This document shows positions 35,114 through 43,906 of a stretch of 64,000 nt of DNA, piece by piece. Numbering within the stretch: position 1 is the stretch's first letter; every line of letters starts with the position of its first letter. This stretch comes from an uncultured Armatimonadia bacterium (lineage in GTDB: Bacteria; Armatimonadota; Zipacnadia; Zipacnadales; UBA11051): positions 29,701 through 93,700 of the forward strand of contig CAYMIN010000011.1 in the NCBI GenBank assembly GCA_964390495.1, in the 5' to 3' direction. The position numbers and the translations under genes are program-made. The notes under the pieces were generated by a model. That model did not search any database. It was not told where the DNA came from and saw nothing but the letters and a program-made list of their open reading frames with translations.

Positions 35114-36109
35114 TCAGCGGTTCTGATACCACTTCTCGAAAAACTCGCGGCCGCGCCGGTAAGAGCTCTCCAGCCACTCGAAATTGTCGGCGAACCAGCG
35201 CACCGTCCGGCGCATCCCCGCCTCCCACTCGATCTCCGGCTGCCAGCCAAGCTGCGCAATCTTGTCGCCCTGCATCGAGTAGCGCACATCATGCCCCGGG
35301 CGGTCCTCAACGTGGCTAATCAGGCTGTCAGGCTTGCCCAGCTCGTCGAGCAGCAGACGGACCGTCTCCAGGTTGGGGCGCTCGTTGTGGGCAGGTATAT
35401 TATAGGCCTGGCCCGGCTCGCCCTTCTCCAGCACCGTCAGCGTGGCGCGGCAGTGGTCCTCGACGTGCAGCCAGTCGCGCACCTGCATCCCGTCACCATA
35501 GACCGGCAGCGGCTCATCGCGCAGCGCCTTATAAACAAATAGCGGGACCAGCTTCTCCGGGAACTGGTAAGGGCCATAGTTGTTGGCAGGACGCGTGATG
35601 AGCACCGGCAGGCCATAGGTGACCCAATAGGCGCGGGCCAGGCGGTCGGCACCGGCCTTGGAGGCCGAGTAGGGATTACGGGCCATCAGCGGAGCGCTTT
35701 CATCAAAGGACACGCCCTCGGCCGCGCCATAAACCTCGTCGGTGGACATGTGGAGGAAGCGCTGGACCTGGGCCTCGCGGGCCGCCTCCAAGAGGCGAAA
35801 GGTGCCCTCGAAATTGGTGCGTACCGCCTGCTCGGCGCCGAAGATGCTGCGGTCAACGTGCGATTCGGCGGCCAGATGCAGAACGACCTGACAGCCGCTG
35901 GTGGCCGCCTGTACCGCGTCGGGGTCGCAGATGTCGCCCTCCACCAGCTCCACGCGAGCATCGTCGGCAGCCTCGGCGAGATTCGCACGACTGCCCGCGT
36001 AAGTCAGCTTGTCGAGTATCCTGATCTCGGCCGCGGCTCGGCTGGCGAGCAGGAAGCGCACCAGATTGCAGCCGATGAAGCCACAACCGCCGGTTATCAG
36101 GTAGCGCAT
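35114..36109 (-). CDS. rfbB: dTDP-glucose 4,6-dehydratase
   Basis: ITGGCGFIG, DKLTYAG, HLAAESHVDRSI, STDEVYG, PYSASKA, NNYGPYQFPEKL, DRPGHDVRY. Confidence 0.93.
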   Translation of the reverse strand: MRYLITGGCGFIGCNLVRFLLASRAAAEIRILDKLTYAGSRANLAEAADDARVELVEGDICDPDAVQAATSGCQVVLHLAAESHVDRSIFGAEQAVRTNFEGTFRLLEAAREAQVQRFLHMSTDEVYGAAEGVSFDESAPLMARNPYSASKAGADRLARAYWVTYGLPVLITRPANNYGPYQFPEKLVPLFVYKALRDEPLPVYGDGMQVRDWLHVEDHCRATLTVLEKGEPGQAYNIPAHNERPNLETVRLLLDELGKPDSLISHVEDRPGHDVRYSMQGDKIAQLGWQPEIEWEAGMRRTVRWFADNFEWLESSYRRGREFFEKWYQNR

Positions 36110-36174
36110 GACCTAGGCCTCCGTTGAAAGCATGCGGGCCTTGAAAAGAAACCTACTGCCCGGCCAGGCGTCCG

Positions 36175-36954
36175 CTAGATATCCAGGAGTTTGGCGAGGT
36201 TCTCGCCGAGGATCTTCTGCTTGTTTTCCTCCGAGGTCTCGATGTGCTGCATCTTCAGGAACGCCGGTCCCGGATACTTCATCGGGATGCCGGTTCCGAA
36301 CAGCACGCGCTCGGCCCCCATGGCCTCGATGACCTGCTTCATCTCCTTGCCGATGAACACCGAGCTGCGCGAGATCTCGACGTAGCAGTTCCCCGGCAGT
36401 GTGTCAGCTTCAGTGACAAAGCGCGAGCCGGCAAAGCCTGCCCCGTTGAGGATCATGAAGTTGACCTCAGGATGGTCCGCGCAAAGTTGGGCTATATCAT
36501 TGAGCACCAAATCCGGGGCGTCAACCATCCAGTGGCTCTGGCGGTAGTCCACCTGGCGCTGGATCAACGTGACCACCAGCCCACGCTCCTGACAGGCCTG
36601 GCACAGCTCGGCGCAGCAACTGTCGGCCAGCGTGTAGTTGTGGTACTGCGGATAGATGCGGATGCCCTTGGTACCCATCTCATTGAGGCACCAGTCGAGG
36701 TCATACTCCCAATCCGCATAGTCGGGATTGATGACCCCGAACGGCACCAGGCGGTCGCGGTAATCGGCGATCTCTTCGGCAAGCTCCTCGTTGCCCGGCT
36801 GGCTGTTGCGGTACATGATCGCTGAGAGCGAGCCGACACAGGCCTTGTCTATATTGTTTTCGTCCATCAAGGCCACCAGTTCCGGGGCGGTATTGTGCCT
36901 AATCTGGCGGGCAAACCAGTGGCCGAGATATGCGTTGCTGTCGAATGTCATCAC
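36175..36954 (-). CDS. Amidohydrolase-fold protein lacking metal ligands (putative pseudoenzyme partner)
   Basis: HxH is replaced by NAY, Lys by Arg (GIRIYP), both His are absent and the Asp is replaced by Gly (FGTG). Starts immediately after the stop of 36955-37728. Confidence 0.8.
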   Translation of the reverse strand: MMTFDSNAYLGHWFARQIRHNTAPELVALMDENNIDKACVGSLSAIMYRNSQPGNEELAEEIADYRDRLVPFGVINPDYADWEYDLDWCLNEMGTKGIRIYPQYHNYTLADSCCAELCQACQERGLVVTLIQRQVDYRQSHWMVDAPDLVLNDIAQLCADHPEVNFMILNGAGFAGSRFVTEADTLPGNCYVEISRSSVFIGKEMKQVIEAMGAERVLFGTGIPMKYPGPAFLKMQHIETSEENKQKILGENLAKLLDI

Positions 36955-37728
36955 TTACGCCTCCCGTCCTACGAGCTGCAGAAAGTTCTCGCTGGCCATC
37001 TTGTTGCGGTCTTCGTCCGACATCTTGGCGGACATGAACTTGCCTACGCCGGCGGTAACGCTCATATCGGTGGCGAAATAAAGGCGGTCGGCGCCCATTA
37101 TTTCAATGGCGTATTCGACCAGCCCCTCATCGGTGACACTGCCGGAGGTGTCGGCACCGATATTGGGCGAGGCATAACGCAGTGCCTTGGTTTCCCATTC
37201 CCAGTCGCCGCCGCCGCCAAGATGCGCGACAATGACTTTGACTTCCGGGTACTCGCGGCCGAGAGCGACGAAATGGGACGAGTCGCTGATGTTGGGCTGG
37301 GCCTTGGTATTGACGAGAGAGTGCCCCGCATGCTCGAGAATCGGGACATCAAGCTCAATACACTTCTCGATGAGCGGCCGCACGGCCGGGTCATCAATTG
37401 TGTATTCATTATACAGCTTGACACCGACACAGTCCTCGTCCGCTTCCAAACAGCGCTCGACGTCGGCGATGGCCTCTTTCGAGTAACCGGGATTGACGTA
37501 GGCATAACCCCAAAGCCGCCCGCGGAACTCCTTGAGCGCCGCCAGCATGTTCCGGTTGCACTTCTGGAAGCCCTCGATGGTTGCCGGGCGGGGTGTGCCG
37601 AGGTTGGAGACGACGGCGATGTCGATGCCGACGGCATCCATGGCCTCGACGAAAAGCCGGTCCTGTTCCCACGGGTCCTTTTTATCCTCCAAGGGCCCGC
37701 GACAATGTGCGTGTGCGTCAATTAACAT
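36955..37728 (-). CDS. Amidohydrolase family 2 protein, canonical metal ligands
   Basis: DAHAH, GVKL, LEHA, VAHL, FATD. Confidence 0.88.
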   Translation of the reverse strand: MLIDAHAHCRGPLEDKKDPWEQDRLFVEAMDAVGIDIAVVSNLGTPRPATIEGFQKCNRNMLAALKEFRGRLWGYAYVNPGYSKEAIADVERCLEADEDCVGVKLYNEYTIDDPAVRPLIEKCIELDVPILEHAGHSLVNTKAQPNISDSSHFVALGREYPEVKVIVAHLGGGGDWEWETKALRYASPNIGADTSGSVTDEGLVEYAIEIMGADRLYFATDMSVTAGVGKFMSAKMSDEDRNKMASENFLQLVGREA

Positions 37729-37839
37729 GTACGTGCCTCCTTACATTTGTCTGCTATTGCGACAGCTTGGGCTGAACAACTTTGGACGCACCCACGCCTT
37801 TGGCGCGGGTACGGCATGTGTCGCAGAACGGCAACGACT

Positions 37840-37863
37840 GTCGGGCTGGAGAGCCCGACCCAC
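37840..37863. repeat. REP-like palindrome variant
   Basis: GTCGGGC-TGGAGA-GCCCGAC-CCAC, preceded by AACGGCAAC and an ACCCACGCC-TTT-GGCGCGGGT hairpin (37789-37810). Confidence 0.65.
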
Positions 37864-37918
37864 GCGAGCAACGGCTGGGCAGTTTCCTCTGCCGTTTCCT
37901 GTGAGTTGCGCCTCCGTA

Positions 37919-38596
37919 TCAGAAATCCCCGTCCAGTGGCGGGTTGATGAGGGCTTGGGTATCGTCGGCAGCGGGCGGGTCGAGCAGCTTGACGATGCGG
38001 TCCTCAACCCGCAGACGGCCCTCGGCGAACCACTGAATCGCCTGCGGGTAGATGCGATGCTCCTGCTTGAGTATCCGATCGGCCAGGTCCTGGCCGCTGT
38101 CGTCGGGCAAGACCGGCACCACGGCCTGGATGATTACCGGGCCATGATCGAAGTGCTCGTCGGCGAAATGTACCGTCGGCCCGGCCAGTTTCACCCCGTA
38201 CTCTACAGCATCCCACTGCACCTCCACCCCGGGGAAAGCCGGCAGCAGGCCGGGATGGATGTTCATAATGCGGTCGGGGAAGGCGCCAATCAGCGCCGGG
38301 CCGATCTTGCGCATGTAGCCGGCCATCACCACCAGGTCAATGTCGCGCTCGGTGAAGATCTCGGTAAGGCGGCGGTCGGCCTGCTCCCATTCGGGGGTGC
38401 CGGTTCTAGGCACCGGCACGTGGATGGCCTCAAGGTTGTGATTGCGCGCGCGTTGCAGGGCTCCGGCGGCGGGATTGTCACTCATCACCACCACAAGCTC
38501 GCCGGCAATCTTCCCGGCCTCACAGGCGTCAATGATCGCCTGTAGATTGGTGCCTCCGCCGGAGGCCAGCGCTGCGATGCGGATCGGCTGTGGCAT
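37919..38596 (-). CDS. purN: Phosphoribosylglycinamide formyltransferase
   Basis: ASGGGTNLQA, AGYMRK, NIHPGLLPAFPG, GPTVHF..E.FDHGPVIIQ, EHRIYP. Confidence 0.96.
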   Translation of the reverse strand: MPQPIRIAALASGGGTNLQAIIDACEAGKIAGELVVVMSDNPAAGALQRARNHNLEAIHVPVPRTGTPEWEQADRRLTEIFTERDIDLVVMAGYMRKIGPALIGAFPDRIMNIHPGLLPAFPGVEVQWDAVEYGVKLAGPTVHFADEHFDHGPVIIQAVVPVLPDDSGQDLADRILKQEHRIYPQAIQWFAEGRLRVEDRIVKLLDPPAADDTQALINPPLDGDF

Positions 38597-38808
38597 GATA
38601 GCATACTCCATCGCTTGGGACTGCCTCGCGACAGCCGTCAAGCTGAAGCAGTCCGGGATTGCCCGGCTGTGACACTGGGTAGTTTAGCCACGAGTGGCGA
38701 TATATCCTCCTGAGACCTGCTAAGAATCTGGCAGGATTTTGCATGGCATGGAGGAATATACTAGGAAACGGGCTGAACAAAGTCGGTGCGATGAGAGGGT
38801 GTGGCGTG

Positions 38809-39678
38809 ATGCGAAGAGCAATCCTTGTGTCGGTTACACTTTGGGCGAGCTTGGCGCTGCTGGCAGGCGGCGTGGGCGTTGTGGCGCAGGGCGATGAGGG
38901 CGGAGGAGAATTGCCGCACATCTACCTAATCTGGCAGGAGATCGAGATCCTGAACCAGTGCAATGAGATAGGTCTGACCTCGGAGCAAGCGGCGCGAGCG
39001 GCAGCGGCTATCGAGCCGGCTTGCGAAAAGATGCAGAGCCTCCGGGAGCAGGAAAGCTCGGCGGCAGTGCGGGCGGCATTGGGGCAGGTGCGTGAGGCGC
39101 TGGTGCGCGGCGGGCCGGTTCCGGAAGCGGTGTGGATCGAGTTGGCCCGGGCCCGAGGCACTCTCGGCCAGGAAGATGACGATGATGACGCGCTGGAGCG
39201 GCGCAAGGCCGAGGCGGCTGACGAGATCGGCAAGGCCCTGCTGGGTGTGCTCACCGAGCAGCAGATAAGCCGCTTGGGCGGATCACCGGTCCAGAACGTC
39301 GCCCGCGAGATTGCCCATAATCTTGGCGAGGCGCGCGCCCAACCGCCGGCTGAGTGGGAAGGCTTCAAATCCGAGGCCCTGGCGGCAATATCAGAGGCCT
39401 TCGAGGACATGGGACTGGAGCTGGAGGCAGTCATGCGGGAGAAGCTGGAGGCCTTCTTCGACCGGGTGCGGAAGATGGATACGGACACTTACTTCCAGCA
39501 GCGCGACCGGCTCAGTGAGGAGTTTGCCAGTCTGGTAGGCTCAGGCCAGCAGGAGGGCCCGGAGGCGGTGCGGATGCGGGCGCTGAACCGGCTGGCGGAA
39601 TGGGCCGCAGCCCCCGGGCTGCTTCAACTGCTCAAAGACATGGCCGCGGCCAATCGGGCGATTATGGTAAATGATTGA
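38809..39678 (+). CDS. Exported alpha-helical hypothetical protein
   Basis: Signal peptide MRRAILVSVTLWASLALLAG; long ORF with typical codon usage; no family recognised. Confidence 0.65.
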   Translation: MRRAILVSVTLWASLALLAGGVGVVAQGDEGGGELPHIYLIWQEIEILNQCNEIGLTSEQAARAAAAIEPACEKMQSLREQESSAAVRAALGQVREALVRGGPVPEAVWIELARARGTLGQEDDDDDALERRKAEAADEIGKALLGVLTEQQISRLGGSPVQNVAREIAHNLGEARAQPPAEWEGFKSEALAAISEAFEDMGLELEAVMREKLEAFFDRVRKMDTDTYFQQRDRLSEEFASLVGSGQQEGPEAVRMRALNRLAEWAAAPGLLQLLKDMAAANRAIMVND

Positions 39679-39816
39679 ATTGCAGATGTAGGCAAGCGCA
39701 GCGCAGGCAGGATTCTGCAGCGCGGCGGAGAAGGCCATACTGATGGGCTACGCCCACAGCCGTATGGTGGCAAACAAGCGTGCGGCAAAACAATCAACTC
39801 AGGAGGTAGATTAGCG

Positions 39817-40332
39817 ATGAACAGACATCTGATGGGGCCGGACCGGGCGCTCTTCGTCACCATAATTGCGGTGAGCGTGCTTGTTTGGTGTGTGGGTACG
39901 CCGGTCACAGCCGAGCCGGATGACACCCTGGCCGGCTTGATGCGGGATACGGACCTGAAGTATAAGGTCATTGATGAGTACAGCTACCTGGCCCCGTTCG
40001 AGCGCGATAATGAGGAAACGCTCGACGTATTCATCACCTACAACAATGAGAAGAAGAATTTCGTGCTGATCTTCACGACGCTCCTGGACTACGAGGACGG
40101 GCACGAGTTCAGTCCGGAAGTGCTGGCCCGGGCAATGAAGATCAACAACGATTATCCGGTGGTCAAGCTGTGCCTGGATGTGGAGAACGGTGATCTGGAC
40201 TGCCAATCTGAGGTTTATGTGCGCACTCTCGACGCGCAATCGCTGGAGATGCACATCAACTTCGTTGCCAGCATCGCGGATAAGTTCACCGAGGAACTGA
40301 AGGCGATGGAAGAGGGGGAGGCCGTCGGCTAG
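39817..40332 (+). CDS. YbjN / T3SS-chaperone-like fold protein
   Basis: Signal/TM, then VLARAMKINNDYPVVKLCLD...LEMHINFVASIAD pattern. Confidence 0.6.
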   Translation: MNRHLMGPDRALFVTIIAVSVLVWCVGTPVTAEPDDTLAGLMRDTDLKYKVIDEYSYLAPFERDNEETLDVFITYNNEKKNFVLIFTTLLDYEDGHEFSPEVLARAMKINNDYPVVKLCLDVENGDLDCQSEVYVRTLDAQSLEMHINFVASIADKFTEELKAMEEGEAVG

Positions 40333-40362
40333 TCGCAACCGCCAGCTAGCAGAGCCACACCC

Positions 40363-40395
40363 AAAAACTCCGGCCTGCTTGGTGCCGGAGTTTCG
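40363..40395. terminator. Bidirectional intrinsic terminator
   Basis: AAAAACTCCGGC-ctgcttggt-GCCGGAGTTT between convergent 39817-40332 and tRNA-Pro. Confidence 0.75.
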
Positions 40396-40403
40396 TTGAG
40401 ATA

Positions 40404-40481
40404 TGGTCGGGGCGGCCGGATTCGAACCGGCGACCTTACGGACCCGAACCGTACGCGCTAGCCAAGCTGCGCCACGCCCCG
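40404..40481 (-). tRNA. tRNA-Pro (anticodon CGG), CCA encoded
   Basis: Cloverleaf CGGGGCG..., anticodon arm TACGG-TTCGGGT-CCGTA, T-loop GGTTCGAATCC, 3' ACCA. Confidence 0.97.
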
Positions 40482-40491
40482 ACCCATACGC

Positions 40492-40520
40492 AGTATAACA
40501 CGCCGGCTTGCCACGGTCAA
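40492..40520 (-). promoter_or_regulatory. sigma70 promoter for tRNA-Pro
   Basis: Minus strand TTGACC-N17-TATACT, just upstream of the tRNA 5' end. Confidence 0.7.
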
Positions 40521-40607
40521 CAACGATGTGATACCGGAATATGTGGGCGAATCGGTGATGAACGCGGGCAATGCCGTGACTGGCTCGGAGGCAAGAAAGG
40601 GGTATGT

Positions 40608-41054
40608 ATGGAGACCATGAGGCTGCGGCCGCATCATCTGCTCGACATCATCACCGCCTACGGCGCAGGCGCGGAGTTCAAGCCCCATCCCTACGGCCAT
40701 GCCGTCCACACCTGCGCCGCGATCGTGCTCAATGACCTCGACACCGAGGTGGAGTTCATCGTCGGCGCCGACTTCATCTGCGAGCCCTGCATCCACCTGG
40801 TCGAGGGCCGCTGTGATGATGTGGTGTCCCAGCTCGATCCGCCGCCGTCCAAGCAGGATTACAACGACGATCTCGACCGGCGCGTGTTGGCGCACCTGCA
40901 GATGGAAGAAAGCACGGTGATGAGTGTGGGCGAATTCCTGCAGGTGGTGCGGGAGCACTTCGCGGGCCTGCCCCAAATCTGCGTCCACCCCCAGCGCTCG
41001 GTTGAAAAGCGGGCGGCCAACCTCAACGCCGGGCTGGAAAAGCTGGGAGTATAG
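40608..41054 (+). CDS. DUF1284-like Cys/His metal-binding protein
   Basis: RLRPHHLLDI and GADFICEPCIHL motifs. Confidence 0.65.
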   Translation: METMRLRPHHLLDIITAYGAGAEFKPHPYGHAVHTCAAIVLNDLDTEVEFIVGADFICEPCIHLVEGRCDDVVSQLDPPPSKQDYNDDLDRRVLAHLQMEESTVMSVGEFLQVVREHFAGLPQICVHPQRSVEKRAANLNAGLEKLGV

Positions 41055-41140
41055 CGGCATGGCCGTTGCCGGATATAAAGTCGCGGCCTTAGCAGTAGCA
41101 GTGACTACAGTGGAGTACAGACAATAGCAAGGAGAATGCC

Positions 41141-42745
41141 ATGAGTTCGGTGCCTGATGTCAAGTTCGACAGCTTCTATCGCTACGATGAGATGGTGGAG
41201 TTCCTCAAGGGATGCCAGGCCGCGGCCGGGGATCTCTGCAAGCTCGCCAGCCTGGTCGAGACGCCCGAAGGCCGTCAGGTCTGGATCGCCACCCTTACCG
41301 ACCCGGCTACCGGAGCGCCGGAGGATAAGCCGGCATACTACGTCCAGGCCAGTGTCCACGCCCAGGAGATGGCCGGTACCACCGCGGCCCTGCGGCTGAT
41401 CCATACGCTGCTGACCGCTGGTGAGGCCGGAAAGATGCTGCAGGAAATGACGTTCTACGTGGTGCCGAGGGCCAACCCCGACGGGGTCGAGTACGCCATG
41501 ACCACCGGCGGGACGATTCGCAGCCGCAACGAGATTCTGGAGAAGCGCAACGGGTTGGTTCCGGAAGATATCAACGGTGACGGCCTGATTCTCAACATGC
41601 GCTGGGAGGACTCGGCCGGGCCCTTCACCGAGGACCCCGAAGACCCGCGGATTATGGTGCCGCGACGTCCGGGTGATGAGGGGCCGTTCTATCAGCAGTA
41701 CCAGGAAGGCACGGTCCGCGACTACGACGGCGGGCCGCTGGTCTCAGCCGTCAAGGGCTATGACTTCAACCGCAACTACCCGGCCAACTGGGACTTCAAC
41801 ACCGACGCCGCCGACCATCCCTTCGCCCAGCCGGAGATCAAAGCCGTCGGCAGCTTCCTGCTGGAGCACAAGAACGTCTTCGCCGGCATAGACTTCCACT
41901 GCGGCTCGCAGGCGGTGCTGCGGCCCTCCAGCACGCCCGACAATGACATGAATCAGGCCGACCTGGGGTTGATTATCGAGATCGGCAAGATCGGCGAGAA
42001 GCTGACCGGCTTTGGGCTGATGAATGTGCGCGATTACCGCGATCCCTGGCGGGCGCCGATCACCCTGCGCGGCAACTCCGGCGACTTTGCCTACTTCGAA
42101 CTGGGCATTTCCTGGTATGTCATCGAGCTGGGCAACGGCTACAGCAGCTCGGGTATTGACATTCAAACCTTTTTTAACGCCGACGAGGAGACCCGCCAGC
42201 GCGATTTCATGCGCCGGCTCATGGAGTTCGCCGACGAGAGCGAAGGCCGCGACGTATTCGTGCCCTGGCAGGACTGCGAGCATCCGCAGCTCGGTAAGGT
42301 GCAAGTCGGCGGCATGAGCATCGCGGCTACGCACTACCCGTATCCGCCGCACATGGCTGAAATCTCCGCCAACACCACCAAGTTCCTGCTGGAGCACGCC
42401 TCCTGGCATCCGCAGCTCTGCCTGTCGAATGTGGAGGTCGCCGGCGTCGGTGAGGGCGTCTATCGCCTCCGCGCCGATGTCGCCAATACCGGCCGCTTCG
42501 CCACCAACGTCATGTCAACCGGCATCGGTAGCCGAAGCGCCGAGCCGGTGGCGGTGAAGCTGGAGAAGGTGGAGGCGGCCAAGATATTCTCACGCCCGCG
42601 GGTCTATGAATTTGCGGCTCTGGGCGGTGGTGGTGGAGGCCAGCAGATGGAGTGGTTCGTCGGCGCCTCGCCGGGCGATGAGATCACCATCACCGCCTCC
42701 CACCCCCGCGGGGGGATCGTCAGGGAAAGGCTGAAGTTGCCATGA
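41141..42745 (+). CDS. M14 family zinc carboxypeptidase
   Basis: HAQE (HxxE), VVPRANPDG, NRNY, IDFHCG. Confidence 0.88.
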   Translation: MSSVPDVKFDSFYRYDEMVEFLKGCQAAAGDLCKLASLVETPEGRQVWIATLTDPATGAPEDKPAYYVQASVHAQEMAGTTAALRLIHTLLTAGEAGKMLQEMTFYVVPRANPDGVEYAMTTGGTIRSRNEILEKRNGLVPEDINGDGLILNMRWEDSAGPFTEDPEDPRIMVPRRPGDEGPFYQQYQEGTVRDYDGGPLVSAVKGYDFNRNYPANWDFNTDAADHPFAQPEIKAVGSFLLEHKNVFAGIDFHCGSQAVLRPSSTPDNDMNQADLGLIIEIGKIGEKLTGFGLMNVRDYRDPWRAPITLRGNSGDFAYFELGISWYVIELGNGYSSSGIDIQTFFNADEETRQRDFMRRLMEFADESEGRDVFVPWQDCEHPQLGKVQVGGMSIAATHYPYPPHMAEISANTTKFLLEHASWHPQLCLSNVEVAGVGEGVYRLRADVANTGRFATNVMSTGIGSRSAEPVAVKLEKVEAAKIFSRPRVYEFAALGGGGGGQQMEWFVGASPGDEITITASHPRGGIVRERLKLP

Positions 42746-42752
42746 GCCGCAT

Positions 42753-42838
42753 AAATTGGGGACAGTCACCTATTTCCCAATTTCCACAGTCTCCACTGCT
42801 ATCTCTTTACGAGGGAAATAGGTGACTGTCCCCAATTT
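42753..42838. mobile_element. MITE/REP-like element with perfect 26-bp terminal inverted repeats
   Basis: AAATTGGGGACAGTCACCTATTTCCC (42753-42778) and its exact reverse complement (42813-42838) around a 34-bp spacer. Confidence 0.75.
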
Positions 42839-42903
42839 GAAAAGGACTCGGAGCAATGGCAGCAATAGGTGACCGGGCCCGATTCGGGGGGCCGAGATAG
42901 GGT

Positions 42904-42932
42904 TTGACTTTTGTCAGCCCATTTCATATACT
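42904..42932 (+). promoter_or_regulatory. sigma70 promoter for the YjbH-like gene
   Basis: TTGACT-N17-TATACT. Confidence 0.7.
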
Positions 42933-42975
42933 TGTGGCATTGGACAGCGATGGAGCGGGCGTAACTACTTAGGAG

Positions 42976-43704
42976 GTGAGCCGCTTGCGAACCTGGCTTG
43001 TGTTTGTAGCCGCAATTCTCGTTTTGGCTTTGGCGAGCGCGACGGTGGTGGCCGATCCGTACCTCTCGATCTGGGAGATGGAGACAGCAGACACCAGTGT
43101 CACCAATTCCTGGATCGGCTCAACTGGTATGGTCCTGACCCCGACGGCCAAGACCTGCGTGCCGCAGGGCATGATCGGCAGCTACCACTGGATTGATGTT
43201 GATCCTGATGCAGGCGACGTCTGGAGTGTGAATGTCGGTATCACAGGTAATCTGGAGATCGGCGCAGCCCGACTGGGCAAGGACCTGACCGGTGGCGATG
43301 CAGAAGTCGTCGCCAATGCCAAGTACAACTTGGACCTGGGGCGCTGGACCGAGAATCCGGAAGCTCCCGAGGTGGCTGTCGGTGTCTGGGACATCGGCAA
43401 TGAGGTCAACCGCACTTACTACCTGGTGGTGACCCAGGATCTGGAGATTGCTGAGGAGGCGCAAGTGTCCAGTTTGCGTGCCAGCATCGGCTATGCCGAC
43501 AGCGACGCCAATACCGGCACGATGGACGGGGTATTCGGGGGCATTGAGTTTGTTCCCTTCGAGAGCGGCCTGGTGAAGCTGGAATACGACGCCGACGACT
43601 TCAACGCCGCGCTGTTGTATTCGTGGTCCGATAAGCTTTCTCTGGAGATCGGCTCGATTGACGGCGACCTCGGCCTGGGTGTGAACTTCCAGACCGGCTT
43701 CTAG
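42976..43704 (+). CDS. YjbH-like outer-membrane beta-barrel protein
   Basis: Signal peptide, IGSTGMVLTPTA, alternating amphipathic strands, EYDADDFNAAL, C-terminal Phe. Confidence 0.65.
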   Translation: MSRLRTWLVFVAAILVLALASATVVADPYLSIWEMETADTSVTNSWIGSTGMVLTPTAKTCVPQGMIGSYHWIDVDPDAGDVWSVNVGITGNLEIGAARLGKDLTGGDAEVVANAKYNLDLGRWTENPEAPEVAVGVWDIGNEVNRTYYLVVTQDLEIAEEAQVSSLRASIGYADSDANTGTMDGVFGGIEFVPFESGLVKLEYDADDFNAALLYSWSDKLSLEIGSIDGDLGLGVNFQTGF

Positions 43705-43735
43705 CTGGCCCGTCAACTCAACATAGATAGATCAC

Positions 43736-43765
43736 TGGGACGCCCGCGCGGGCGTCCCATTTTCT
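43736..43765 (+). terminator. Intrinsic terminator
   Basis: TGGGACGCCC-GCGC-GGGCGTCCCA followed by TTTTCT. Confidence 0.8.
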
Positions 43766-43847
43766 ATATCCCCATCACGAACGGCAAGGGCCGATGCGAG
43801 GCAGCCTTGGGCAAATCTAGCAGCTTCAGGGCTTGTCTCCGGCCTTA

Positions 43848-43887
43848 GGAAGGGTCTGCAGGAAGGGGTTGGAGGCCTGCTCGCGGC
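43848..43887 (+). repeat. 40-bp direct repeat, left boundary of the R-M cassette (displaced 3' end of the MBL gene)
   Basis: GGAAGGGTCTGCAGGAAGGGGTTGGAGGCCTGCTCGCGGC, identical to 47997-48036. Confidence 0.93.
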
Positions 43888-43906
43888 CTCCACCGTCGAC
43901 GGCCCA

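Noticed and set aside
35114-36109. rfbB as the marker of an O-antigen/EPS cluster
   Set aside because: No rfbA/C/D, glycosyltransferase or flippase genes are nearby; it appears to be an isolated gene.
38728-38744. Possible sigma-54 promoter CTGGCAGGATTTTGCAT
   Set aside because: The GG-to-GC spacing is 9 nt rather than the required 10.
40404-40481. tRNA-Pro as an integration site for an island
   Set aside because: No duplicated tRNA 3' end and no integrase were seen in the window; the flanks look like ordinary host genes.
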